The translations under genes were made by a program, and so were the position numbers. This document shows positions 26,201 to 38,183 of a stretch of DNA of 64,000 nucleotides, one piece after another. This DNA comes from Rhizaria sp. SCN 62-66 (lineage: Eukaryota), in contig MEDY01000067.1 of the NCBI GenBank assembly GCA_001724265.1, positions 1 through 64,000 on the forward strand, in the 5' to 3' direction. Positions within the stretch are counted from its first letter, which is position 1. Each line of letters opens with the position of its first letter. Below the pieces are notes generated by a model. That model was not told where the DNA came from, did no database searches, and was given only the letters and a program-made list of their open reading frames with translations.

Positions 26201-29200
26201 AGCAGCAGCGGGTGCGACGAGGCGAACGCGAGCGCGGCCGCCGTGGCCGCCGCAGCGGCCTCGTCCTGGTCCTCGTCACTCCCGCTGTCAGCCACGTCGT
26301 CGCTGTCGTCGCCCGCCGCGGCGGGGACGGGGACGGGGACGGGCGCGGGCAGCGGCGCGGGCGCCCAGTGGCTGTGCGCGGGGCACAGGTACAAGCACGA
26401 CGTGCTAACCAGCACGGGCTCCTGCTCCGCCGCGGCGTCCGCGGCGGGCTCCTCGGCGTCGGCGGCACCGCGCACGACCAACGCGGTCGACACTGCCGCG
26501 GCGGACTGCGGCGGCGGCAACAGTGCCAGAGGGTGCGCCGGGTGCCCCATATGCGGCTTGACTTGAGCAGCGGACGGCTTACTTTCAGTGGCAGTGCGAG
26601 TGAGCGTGCAGGGCAGCGAAGAGTAAGCGCCCGCAGCGCCGGGCTTGGTGGGGCCCAGCGCGAAGAGCGCGTGCGCGAACAGAGAGTCGCGCGACAGCAG
26701 CGCAGCCTTCCTCTCGCGGGCAGGCGCTGTACTCGCCGTCGGAGTGACTGCTGCAAGCGGCAGCACGCGCGCGACAAGAGCGAACCCGTCTTCATCCGCC
26801 ACGACACCGCTCTCAACCGCCCAGTTACTGGCAGCAGCGGCGATGGCGCTCGCGCCGGCGCTAGTGGGGGTGACGGGGACGAGCTGGCGCGCGGGGACGC
26901 GCCAAGTCTGCAGGGTGACCGGGACGCAGCCGGCCTCTTTGCCGCAGCTCGCGTGCACGACGTGGCGGCACCCGGGGGCCGGGCACGGCGCGGGGCAGCC
27001 CTTGTTGCGGCCGCACAGGTGGCAATACAAGCGCGCGTGGAACGAGCCCTGCAGAGGCAGGTGCGTCAGCGGAGACAGAGTCGGCGCGGTCGGCAGCGGC
27101 GCGCTGAAGCTCGACGCCAGCGTCGCGCATGCGGCGGCGGTCGCGGCCGCAGCGCAGACTGCCTCGGAGTCGATGGGGTCGTCACTCTCCGCAACGGGTG
27201 CGCTGGCAGCGGCCTCGCTCTCGGCGTCTCCGTCCTCCATCTTAATCGCAACAGCAGTCACGCCGGGCTCAGTCTTTACAGTTACGGCGGCCGCCGCGAG
27301 CTCAGCGGTGACCGTGGCGGCGCGCGCGGCAGCCGAGGCAGCGGCGGCAACAACAGACTCGCGCGATCCCAGCACCAACGAGGGGAAATGGTCGTAACTG
27401 AGCGCGAACGAGGGCGATGCCAGAGCCAGTGCGCAGTCGACGTGCGCCCAGCGCAGCGACACATCGTGCGGCTGCAGCGACGGAGTCGCGGCCGCAGCGG
27501 CCTGCGCCGCGGCGCCCGCGGCAGAGCCCGAGGCGCCCGTCGGTGCGGCGGGCACAGCCGTGGCCTCAGTGAGGATCTTAAGCGCGAGCGCAAGCGCGTC
27601 GCCAGTGGTGGCGGCAGCGGTGGCGGACAGCTGCGCCTGTGTGGGCGCAGACGTCACCGAGGCCACGGCGGCCGCAGTGGCTGCAGCGGTTGCGGCAGCG
27701 GCAGCGGCGGGCGTGGGCGCGGTGGGCGGCGACGCAGCAGGCGCGCGCTTGCCGCCGGAAGGCACGAGCGCAGCGGGGCTGCCGGCGGCGATGAGCGCTG
27801 CAGAGGCGGCGGCGGTCGCGACAGCTGTTGCAGCAGAAGCGGCAGCGCGCAGTCCCTTAGTTGAAGCGCGGAGCATGTATGGCGCGACAGTGGGCAGCGT
27901 GGTGGCGAGCTTCAGCGCGCCGCCCGGCGTGGGGCAGAGCGCGCAGGACGCCTCGCGGCACGCGGCGGCGGCGGCCAGAGCGGCGGCGGACGGCGTCGCG
28001 CTCGACGAGCTCGAGCTCGAAGTGCTGGACGTCACAGAGGACGAGGACGATGAGGATGATGAAGAGGAAGACGATGACGACGATGACAAAGTTGTCGCAG
28101 AAGAGCCAGCGCTTGTAGTTGCTGACGACGACTGAGCAAAGCCGGACGAGGACGACGGCACAAGCGTTGTTGTGGCTCCAGCGGCCACCGCAGCAGCAGC
28201 TCCGGGAGTCGCAATTCCGGCTCCCGCAGCCGCAGCAGCGGCCGCAGCGGCGCGCGCCGGCGGAGCAATCAACGCAAGTAGTGGCGACTCCGCAAAAGCA
28301 TCGTCCTCAGCCTCTTCGAGCGCGTCCGCTGCCGCAGCAGTAGCCGCAGCTAGTGCGATACCCGCTGCGTCCGCGGGTCCGGCCGCGGCGGCGAGCGCTG
28401 TCCCATTCGCGATAGACGAGCAGCGCGCGAGGAACTCCCTCCGGCGCTGGAGTGTGAGCGCAAAGAACGCGTCGTTACCCAGCGAAGATGAGCCCAGCTC
28501 GGGGGTGTAGCCAAACTCGGCGCAGACGGTGGCATAGGAAGCCCCGCCCAGCGCGGACGACGCCAGCGAGCGCTCAGGAGGCGGCGGCGGCGGCAGAGCG
28601 GCGGCCGCGGCGGCAGCGGAGGGCGACGGCTCCGCGCGGCGCGCGCTTGAGCGGCGCTCGGCGGGCGGAGTGCTGCCGGTCTTGGCGGGCGCATTGCCGT
28701 CGCCGCCCAGCGCCGAAGACGAGGACGAAGACTCCGAGAGCGTGAGCGCCGCAGTGTGGTTCTGGCCGGGGCCGAGCAGCGCGGGGCCGGCAACGGCGAC
28801 GGCGGCGTTGTGCGCGGACTCAAGAGCCTGCAGAGCGCGCGCCCGCGTCACCACGGCGTCGGCCGCGGTCACCGCGGCGTCAGCGGCCAGCAGCGCGCGC
28901 GGCGCCGCACCGCACGCGACCAGGCATGGCGCGCAGAACCAACTGGGAAAGGAAGCACCGGCCAGAGGTGGCAGACCTGCGGCCGCAGCGGCGCGCGCGA
29001 GCACGGGTACGCGCGGTGAAGAAGTGGCGGCGTTGCCATTGCTGCTAGAAGTGGAGTCAGTGCTGCTTTTGGTACTCGGAATGTACTGCAGCGGCGGGTT
29101 GAGGTGCGGCGACTGCGGGATACCGTAGCAAAGCTGGTGCACGCAGAGGCCGCAGCGCGCGCACGACACCAAATGGTTGTGGCTCAGCGGCACGCGGCCA

Positions 29201-30414
29201 GTCTGCTGCGCCAGAATCTGCGTTTGCAGCTGCTGCTGCTGAGTCGGAGTCAGCGAGAACCCTTGCGACGCTACCGCAGCCGTGGCAGCCAAAGCAACGG
29301 AGGCCGCAGCAGCCGTAGCAGCAGCGAGCGAGAACGGGGCGTTGCCGCCCAACCCGGCGACTGTGAGCGCGGTGGTGGAAACGGTCAACGCACCAGCAGC
29401 GGTCGCGCTTGCGCTGCAGCCTGCAGGGGGGAGAGCCGGTGGCACGTGGCCGCTGCCGCAGACAGCGCAGGCAGCGCCGGCAACATCGACGGTCGGTGCG
29501 CCCCACATCGACACAGAGGAGGCGACAACCGGCGCGGAGTGCGACGCTTGCGCCGCCGTGGTACTGCTGTTGCTGCTGCTGCCACTGCCGCTGCTTGCAG
29601 CGTCTGACGGGAAGGAACACAGCGCGAACAAGCCGTCGCCGGCGCCTGCGCCGGAGCCCGAAGCGGCACCGGCACCCGCGCTAGCACCCGCACCCGCGCT
29701 GCCGGTCGCGCCCGCAGCGCCGCCGGCCGCGGTCCCGACGCCGGCGCCAGAACCCGTGGCGGCCGAGCCCGACGGTGCAGGCGCGGCGCCGCGCGGGTGC
29801 CGGCCAGCGCGCGCGCCGCGGCGGGCCGAGGTCGAGGCCTCGTTGGCCAGCACCCACTGGCGGCCGCTCAGCAGCGCCAGCGCGAGCCGCGCGCGTGGCG
29901 GCAGCGGGACTGCGGCGGACGCGGCGGCGGCCAGCGCGGCGGCAGCGGCGGTCGCGGCAGCGGGGGCGGGTGAGGCGGCCGGGGTCGGGACTGTAATCTG
30001 GGGCAGCCACGGCGCCAGCGCGGATGTCAGCGAAGCGTGCGCAATGTGCGAGGCAGTTGCAGGTGCAGTGGGGATCGTTGCAGCAGAGCTGGAGCTGCTA
30101 GTGCTGGGGGTGGTTTGCGGTGCAGCTTCGGCAGAGGCGCCGCGGGGACCGCGCGCTCTTGATCCAGATCCGGCGGAGGCCACTGGTGCGCTCGCGGGCG
30201 GTGCAGAGGCAGGCGTCATGGCCGCGGGAGCCTTCGCCTTGGACTTGCCCGCGGCACCGGTGGCGGGTGCAGTGGGGGGTACAGAGGCTGCGGCGGGACG
30301 CGTTGTGGGCGGCGGCGACGGGGAAGGTCCAGTCGCATTGCGAGAACTACCGCGGCGCGTAGGCGGCGCGGCAGAAGATGCAGCCGCTGCAGAACGGGTC
30401 GGGGCCGAAGGCAT
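5240..30414 (-). CDS. Giant (~8352 aa) PHD-finger chromatin protein: three PHD/Zn-knuckle/extended-PHD (PZP-like) modules, an Ada3-like segment, poly-Q and AT-hook; exons 30414-10570 and 10453-5240
   Basis: Three repeats of the series CxxC...CxxCxxxVHxxCYG...WxCxxC...CxLCP..G...WxHxxC...CxxC...HxxC...CxxH. Removing intron 10454-10569 joins LIKCTDFKCN to LVFHPIC in frame and completes the third ePHD. Ends at TAA. The frame is also open for 32 codons upstream of the ATG to an acceptor at 30511, so the true N-terminus is uncertain. Confidence 0.88.
7025..7184 (-). repeat. CAG/CAA poly-Gln and CCG poly-Pro tract within the giant CDS
   Basis: Translates as QQQQQQQQPQQQPQPPPPPPPQQQQQQMAYSQQQLAYQQQQQQYQMQQMQQQ. 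Confidence 0.9.
10454..10569 (-). other. Spliceosomal intron, 116 nt, phase 0
   Basis: GTACGT...TTTTTAG, AT-rich, contains the TGA that ends the 6636-aa ORF. Splicing restores the frame and the C..C...FHPxC motif. Confidence 0.92.
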
Positions 30415-31811
30415 AAGCTTAGGATCTGCGACGGCGGCGAGGAGCGTCGGCGGGGAGAGAAGCTGGAACGCGGTGGCGGGCTTCGTAGGGGCTGGAGGGG
30501 GAGGGTCGACCTGAAAGGAAAGATCAGGGTTTAGCGCCGCAACGCGAGGATAAGTTAAAGAAACGTAGGTTTACAGTTCAGTCGGCAGGATAAACACGGA
30601 AATCGGTATATATCCAGACCTGGGAACGCGCGGAAAGAAACAGAGCGAAGAAATGGGGTATTGTAAGCGATGCGCAAAAAGGCCTCCTGAGAGGTCAGAT
30701 TATGTCTAAACGTAATGTTAGTCGGAAATAAAGTATTTGAGAATGTTTTATATAAAATAAATAGCGTGATTTCTGCATCAGTTAAGCAACCAGTGCAAGG
30801 GTGAGAGGACTCGGAACAAGTCCTCGGCTACATAGACTGACCGTGGGAAGGGGCAGAAAAGCAGCTGGTAGGATATATAGAATCAGTCAAATAGCACTGG
30901 TATAGTGCCACCAAATAGAAATTCACAAATAAACTTGGATATTTTAATTAAACTCTGTGGATCGCATTACATGGCTCAATAGACCTTGGGATAATGTCGC
31001 GGTCTGGGCCGAGTGACACGAGGTGTAAGGGGTGACTGTGCGCAATTTTGATCGTTCGCGATATATCTTGGTATATGTTGTATTTTAGAGTGCATGTGTA
31101 TTATTACGACTGATAAGTAGTACCTGTGTATTATATTTCAATTGGGCTGTGATCTGAGCGGTTTATCTTTCGTGCGATCAGATAGTTCAGTTTCACCTCT
31201 GGGCGCGAATGTGTTACGCTCCTGAAAGTCATAAATTTGTGATAGGATTGGGACACTCTGGCAACATATGACTTCGATTTTGGAAAGTCCATAAAGATTG
31301 TCAATGTTAAGCTCACACCATGAACGACGCTGTAAAAATGTATCATTAACACCCTCAACTGTCATGGCGTACGCTCCTGGTCATCAGTTACGCAGCCGCG
31401 TTGACTTGTGATCGAAGGACCATGTACGACAATTTGGTTATTTTTGACAATTTTATCGTGATGTAGTGTGAATATCTTGCTTTCAAACAACATATCGTGA
31501 ACTTGTTTGAATACATAATGACTAACAGCCAAATCTGATCAGAAGATGCTCTTTGGAGTGTCTGTCACTGACCTATCGACGGAGTTGACCCAGAGAAGGA
31601 TTGGGAGGCTTCACAAAACCCAGGGTTTCGGGCCCATATCAACATTGAATAGAACATAATTTGGTGGTCGTTAGAAATTGTGTATAACACACTATATATG
31701 TCTTTACTTTGCTAACTGACGTTGGACATCTCTTGATAATTCCTCTTCAAGTTCCCGCAAGGTCGTAACGACTGTTAGTCCTCTCAGACCCACTAAACCT
31801 CTTCACACAGC

Positions 31812-34800
31812 ATGTTCCCGGTTGACGGCGTGAGGCATGGCCCTCAACCGGCCACAACTCCGTCTTTTGCGGCAACGGCGCCGTCCGCTGGCGACCCGTC
31901 ATAGCATCTCGCCTCCGCAGGGAAGATGACTCCTGTTTCGAGCCACCATGCAGCCGTCCCCAGCTCAGCGCAGGGTTTCTCCCGTTTCCCTGGCCCGTCC
32001 TCCGCCCGTGGCATCAGTGAGGCCCAAATTCGTGCTCTCGGCACCTCTACTGCTACATCATCTGTGCCCGTTACGTTACCCGGGCTTCCCAGTGCCACGC
32101 TAGGCTCTCCCCGCACAGCTCGCACAACCACCTCTGCAGCAGCGGCCAACGCTGCCGCGGCCGCTGCTGCGACAGGCGCCCTGCCCGCCGCGGTCTCGCT
32201 TGCAGTCCCGCTGAACCTCTCTCTCGCGCGCCCTCGGACAACCGCCGGCACAGGCGGCGGTTTTTCCATTGTGCCGACCAACGCCCCCGCGCCCGCCGCG
32301 CCTCTCTCCTTCGCCGCCGCACCCGCCTCGTCGCACGCGCCCGCGCCCGCCGCGGGCCTGTCCGCGCGCGAGCTGCTGGGCGCGAACGAGCAACTGCAGG
32401 GCCAGCTGAACGACTTGCTGCGTCTAAACGAGCTGCTGCGGCTCGACATCCTCGTCGCGCGCCGACAGCTCGGCGACGTCGCCGCGCTCGAGGGCTCGCT
32501 GCAGCACGCGAACGCCGTTGCCACGGAGCGCCTCGTCGAGATCAACGACCTCAAGCGCGCCGCGCGCGAGGCGCAGGCCGCCGCGGCCGAGGCAGCGCGC
32601 GCAACGGCCGAGTCTGCGATGACCGCCGACGCGCGCGTGCGCGCCGCGGACGCCGCGACGGCGGCCGCCGAGTCCGCGGCGCAGGCCGCCACGGAGCGCG
32701 AGCGCGCGGTGACCTCCGCGGCCGAGGAGCGCGTGGCGACGGCGCAGCAGCAGCTCGCGCTGGCGCACGCGGCGCTGGCGGAGCGCACAGGCGGCGGCGC
32801 CGTGTCGGCTGAGGCGCACCGCCACGCGCTCGCAGAGGCTGCCGAAGCGCGCGCTGCCGCCGCGGCCGCGATGGCGGCGCGCGACCGCGCTGTGGCGGCA
32901 CACACGGGGTGCGGGCTGGCGATGATCGAGCTGTCATCGCTGCGGCGCGACGCGGGCGACGCGAAACGCGTGTACACGGCGCAGGAGAAGCTGCGCGGGA
33001 TCGTGCTCGCGCTCGAGAGTGAGCTTAAGGAGGCGCGCAAGGACTGCAAAACGCTCGAGGACCTCTCGACGACGCGACTTAACGCGATCGGCGAGTGGCG
33101 TGACAAGTTCACCGCCGTCTACGCTGATCACCACGGCTGCGCGGCGGCCGCGACTGAGGCGGCGGCCGAGATCGCGGCCCTGCGCGAGCGCGCAGAGGCT
33201 GCTGAGGCGCGTGCCGCGGCTGCCGAGGCCAAGGCCGCGGTGGCGCACGCGGAGAAGGTCGAAGTGGCGACGACGCTGGAGCGTGCGACCGAGACACAGA
33301 CGCTGCGCGTGGCGGAGCTGAGCAGCCGCGTGGAGCAGCTGACCGTGGCCAATACCACGCTCGAGGTGCAGCACGCGACGGTGAGCCGCGAGGCCGTGGC
33401 GCGCGTGGACCGCAGCGCAGCGCTCGCGCGCGAAGTCAAGGTTGTCGAGAAGGCGCGCGACGAGGCGCTAGCCGAGGTCGAGACGCTCAAGGGCCGGCTC
33501 ACGGCCGTCACGGCGCGTGCTGACAAGACCGAGGCGCGCGCGCGTGCTGTGGCGAGCGAGAACGACGCCGTGCGCGTGAAGCTCGCCGAGGCCGAGGCCG
33601 GCGCGGCGCGCGCGCACGAGACGCTGGCCGTGGTGCAGACAAGCGCGGACCGGCGCACGCGCGAAGTGGAGCTGCTGACGCAGCGCAGCGAGCTGCACGC
33701 GCAGTCGACGCAGCGCACGCACGAAGCCATGGCCGCGCTCGAGACGCGACTGGCCAACTACAACGACCTGGTCGCGCAGCTGGGCGACACGCGCGAGAAG
33801 CTCGCGGCGACCGTGGCCAAGCTCGAGGCCGTGAGTGCAGACGCGCGCCAGCTCGCAGCCGTGCATGCGGCGACTACGGAGGACCTGCGGCGCGTCTCGC
33901 AGGCGCACGCCGAGCTCGAGTCCCGGTCCGCGGGCGTGTCGATGCGCAACGCGCAGGTCGAACGCCGCCTCACGGACCAGGCCTCGGACCTGGGCGGCAT
34001 GAAAACCGACTACCTGCGCGTCGTCGCCGAGCTCGTGCGCCACGAGCGCGCCGCGCTGGCCGCGCGCTGCGCCAACGTCGACCTGCAGGAGGCCGTTGCT
34101 GCGCTCGCCGCGCGGCTGGGCGAGAGCAACCGCCGCGGACACGCGCTGGCTGCGCGCGTGCGTGAACGTGAGGCGCAGCTCGCGGCGCTCGCGCAGCGGC
34201 TCGATGACGCCGCGCTGGCCGGCGGCATGGCGCTGCAACTCGGCGCCGCGCTGCACTCGTCAGCCGCTGTGCACGCGCTTGTGGCGCGTGCTAATGACGG
34301 GTCCACGGGCGGAGGCACTGCTGCCGTCGCCGCGGCCGCCGCGGCCGCAGCTGCCCCGCGCAAGCTGCAGCAGATCGCGGTGTCGCTGCGCAACGCCGTA
34401 AAGTCGCTTGAGCCCGTTGTGCGCGCCACTGTTGCGCGCGCTGACGCCCTCGCCGCTGGTAATGTCCCCGCACGTGACGCCAGCAGTGTGCCTGGTCTCG
34501 CGTTCCTGAGCCCCATCGTCGGCCCCTTGCAACTCGACGCGTTGTCGTGGCCGCCGGGCACCGCGCCCTTTCCTCTCCGCGGCCTTGCGCCCGCTGCGAC
34601 TGCCGCGACCCAGGACGCGCACGGCCAGCCGCTGCCGCCGACGCGCGCGGCCCCGCTGGCGTCCGGTGCGATGGCCGTGCTGCCCGCGGCGCTCGCCCCG
34701 ACGCTGCCGCCCGCGTTGTCGTCAGTGACGCCCTGGATGCCCGCCCCGCTGGGCCGCGCAGGCTCGGTCACCAGCGGCGTCGAGCTCGCAGTGCATGTTC

Positions 34801-37800
34801 CGCGCACTGCTGCTGCGTCCGCAGCGACTGCGCCACAGCAGCTACAGGAGGAGGCCACTGTAACCGTGGACGGCGTCGAGGCGCCCGCGCCCGCGCTGCC
34901 GCTGCCGCTCGTGCAGCGGGAGCTGGAGCCGGTGCATGAACAACACCAGCAGCAATGCGGCGACGCACAGAAGCGCGCCGGCAGTGAGAAGCACAACGGC
35001 GACGACAACAACACGCCGACGAGTAGCACGGCCAGCGCGCGCGCGAGCACCGGCCACAGCGCCTCGAGCAGCGCGAACCTGCCCGCTGGCGGCGCCGGGA
35101 ATAGACGCGGCCGCGCTGCGGGCTCCGCCGCGGCGACCGAGGCCGACGCGACGTCGCCGAGCCCGCTGAAGCAGGGCGCGGCGCGGCGCGGTGGCGGCCG
35201 CAGCGGCAGTCGCACTGGCACGCGGTCGGTGCAGAACGCGGCAAATGTGGCGGCGTCGTCTGGCCCCGCCACGCCGCCGCAGGGCCCGCGCACGCTGCCC
35301 GGCCAGTCGCGTTACTCACACTCGCACTCACACTCGATGTCTATCACGTACTCCCCGCCGTCGCAACAGCAGCAGCAGAGCGCGGCGCCGCAGTACGCCA
35401 CGCAGCAGCCGACGGCCGCGGCGGTGACCGGCGAGATTAGTGTCGCCGCCGCAGGCGCGTTGGCGGCGCCGCTGCCGCCGACGACGACCGCGGTCGCAGC
35501 CGCTGGCGAGACGCGCGCAGCCGCCGCGGCGATCCTGGCGACGATGTTCCCGCCCATTCCGTCCTCCGCCTACGCGGCCGCGACCGCCGCCACGACGGGC
35601 GCGGGCGCTGGCGTCATCGGCATGCGCGGCGACGCGTGCGTCGTGTCCGTGCACGCGGGCTTTACGCCCAGCTTCATGCTTCAGCTGCTGCGGACCGTGG
35701 CGGCGCAGGCGGACGCGGCCGCGGCCGCGGCGGCGGACCAGCGGCGCGCCGAGGCGCAGCTCGCGACGGCGCTGCGCAACAACGCGGCGCTGACGCAGGC
35801 GCTGGCTGAAATGCCCAAGATGGAGTGGACCGCGCAGCTGCGTGACGTCACCGCCGCGCTCGCGCGCACCAACCGCGCGCTCGCCGCCATGGAGCACGAG
35901 GGCGCGGTTGCTCTCGCGAATGATGGTGGCGACGCCGCCGCCGCCGCTGCGGACCCGTCTGTTGCGGGCATCACTGTGCCCGGGGTGGGCGGCCGCGTGG
36001 TCGCTATGTCCCCAGGCAAGAACGCCAAGGCCATCGTCGACAGCAACCTCGCGCCGCGCGCGCTGCAGGACCAGGGCTCCGAGTGGGAGTGGCAGCGCCT
36101 CCCGCAGATGGGCGCTATGGCTAACGCGACGGCGATGAGCATGAGCGCCAGTCGGCCTGTCACCGCCTCCGCGTCTGTATCTGCGGCTGCGCCGCCCGGC
36201 TCCGCGCTGGGCCCGCGCCCGCGGCCCGTGGCACGCCTCGCGCTCACGGCGACCGGCGTTGTGTGTCTGCCGCCGTCGACCGTGGCCCCAGCTGCCGCGT
36301 CCGCCTCTGCCGCCGACGACGCTGCGGCCGCCGGCGACAACTGCGACGCGGCGAACGCGCAACTCGTCGCCGCGACCGGCACCGCGGCCGTGCACGTGAC
36401 GTCCGCGGCCGCCGCCGAGCTTGATGCCACGGTGCCTGTCCCGGTGACAGTGGCGATGCCCGCAGCCGCGGGCGGCATGCCTGCGACGCCCGTGGGGCTG
36501 GGCCCCGCGCCGCCGGTGCGGCCCGCGGGGCTCGACGACGCGCTGCTCGCGCTACGCGCGCTCCGCGCCGCGCTGGCCGACACGCGTGACACCACCGCTG
36601 CAGCGGCGCCGGCGACGGCTGCGCGCAGCGGTGGTCCGAGCCCGCTGCTGGCAACGCCCGCGCTAGCCGCGACGGCGCGCGAGTTTGCGCTGGATGCGTC
36701 TTCGCCGCTGTCGGCGCTGAACCTGCAGGTCAACGAGCTCGCGCTGGCCGTCGAGTCGCACCTAGCGACCGCGGCGGATGTCGCGGCGCTGCTGCGCGTG
36801 GCGAACCGCGCCTGTGCCCTGGGCCTCGCGCCCGGCGCGCAGGGGCTGCACACGCTGCTGCCGCGCCTGGCCGGGCTTGCGCGCGCGCGGCCGCAGTGGG
36901 CGGCGATGCTGTTCGAGGTGTCGCAGCTCGTGCTGTGCGCACGCGACACGCTGAGCGTCACCGCGCACTTCGAGGGCACGCTGCTTAAGGGCGCCGCCGC
37001 GCTGCACCGCACCGCGCTAGCGGGCGCCACGTCCACACGCGGGCTCCGCGCCGCTGTTCTCAACAAGCGCACCTCTGCGAAGAGCATGCGGCGCCGGTCA
37101 CGTCGCTCAACGGTCGTTGCAGCCGCGAGCGAGAGTGAGAGCGAGTCTGAGGTTGTCAGCGACGCTGATAGCCCCGCAGTTGCAGTCACTGGTCAGCCCA
37201 GTAAGAGCGAGGATGACGATGCTAGTGCAAGTGAGAGTGAAAGCGAGAGCGAGAGCCAGGCTGGTAGCGATGCCCTCGCATCACTGCCGCTGCCCACTGT
37301 CGGTCAGCCATCGCCCTCAGCCTCGCCTGCGCCCAGCGACGCCGCTGCCAGTGCCGCGACGACCGCCGAGTCCGAGCAGTCGCAGGCGGCCACGCCCATT
37401 GCGCGGACCGACTCTGCGCGGCGTTCGCGTTCGTCGCGCCCGCCGACTGCGCCCGGCGCGGCCGTCGTGCTCACAGTTAGCCCGCACGATGACGGGAAGC
37501 CCAAGGGCAAAGGCAAGAACAAGGGCAAGGGCAGCGTCACCGTGTCGCGCCGCCCGCCACTCACAATCGAGTTGTCGCAGCGCCTGCCGAGCCGCGGCAG
37601 CGACGCCGGTGACAGCGCAGACGCCAGCGAGAACGAGTCCGTGGCCACGCGCGCACCGCTGACGACGCTCTCCTCTGCGGGCACCGTAAGCATGAGCAAC
37701 CTGCACGTGCTGCGCGACCAGATCCTGACCGTGAGCACGCACCCGCAGTACGCGGCGCCGCTGCGCGGGCTTGCCGGACACATCGCGGACCTCCTGGCCG

Positions 37801-37925
37801 CGGTCGAGTTTATGTACGACCGGCAGGTCGAGTTGATCGAACAGGTCGCCGCAGCGGCGCCAGTGCCCGCAGTCGCGGCTGCGCATGGTAGCGAGGCCGA
37901 CGTTGCGGATATGACGCCGATGTAA
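31812..37925 (+). CDS. Unknown ~2037-aa protein with a long N-terminal coiled coil (Ala/Glu/Arg-rich) and low-complexity C-half; one in-frame TAG near the N-terminus
   Basis: The 1999-aa ORF 31926-37925 ends at TAA. An in-frame ATG at 31812 lies at the AT/GC boundary directly after ...CACACAG C. It is separated from the ORF only by TAG 31902-31904. Helical heptad-like sequence spans about 32360-34230. Confidence 0.8.
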
Positions 37926-38183
37926 CGAAGTACAGACATGTACAACAAAGAAAACAACCGATATTTACATTAGCTTTACTTAAGAATGAAACAATGGCGT
38001 ATCCGTCAATAAACAAGCATGATTTTGATTTCACTGAGCGCAAGAATAAACTGTTCCGTTTCGATTTGTATTTACATAAATATGTACATTGTACACACTG
38101 TATCATTGTTTTACATTCACGCTGGCCCTACATTCACAAACATATGATCAAGGCATCGACAATACTGGTAGCTGCTCGCGTGT

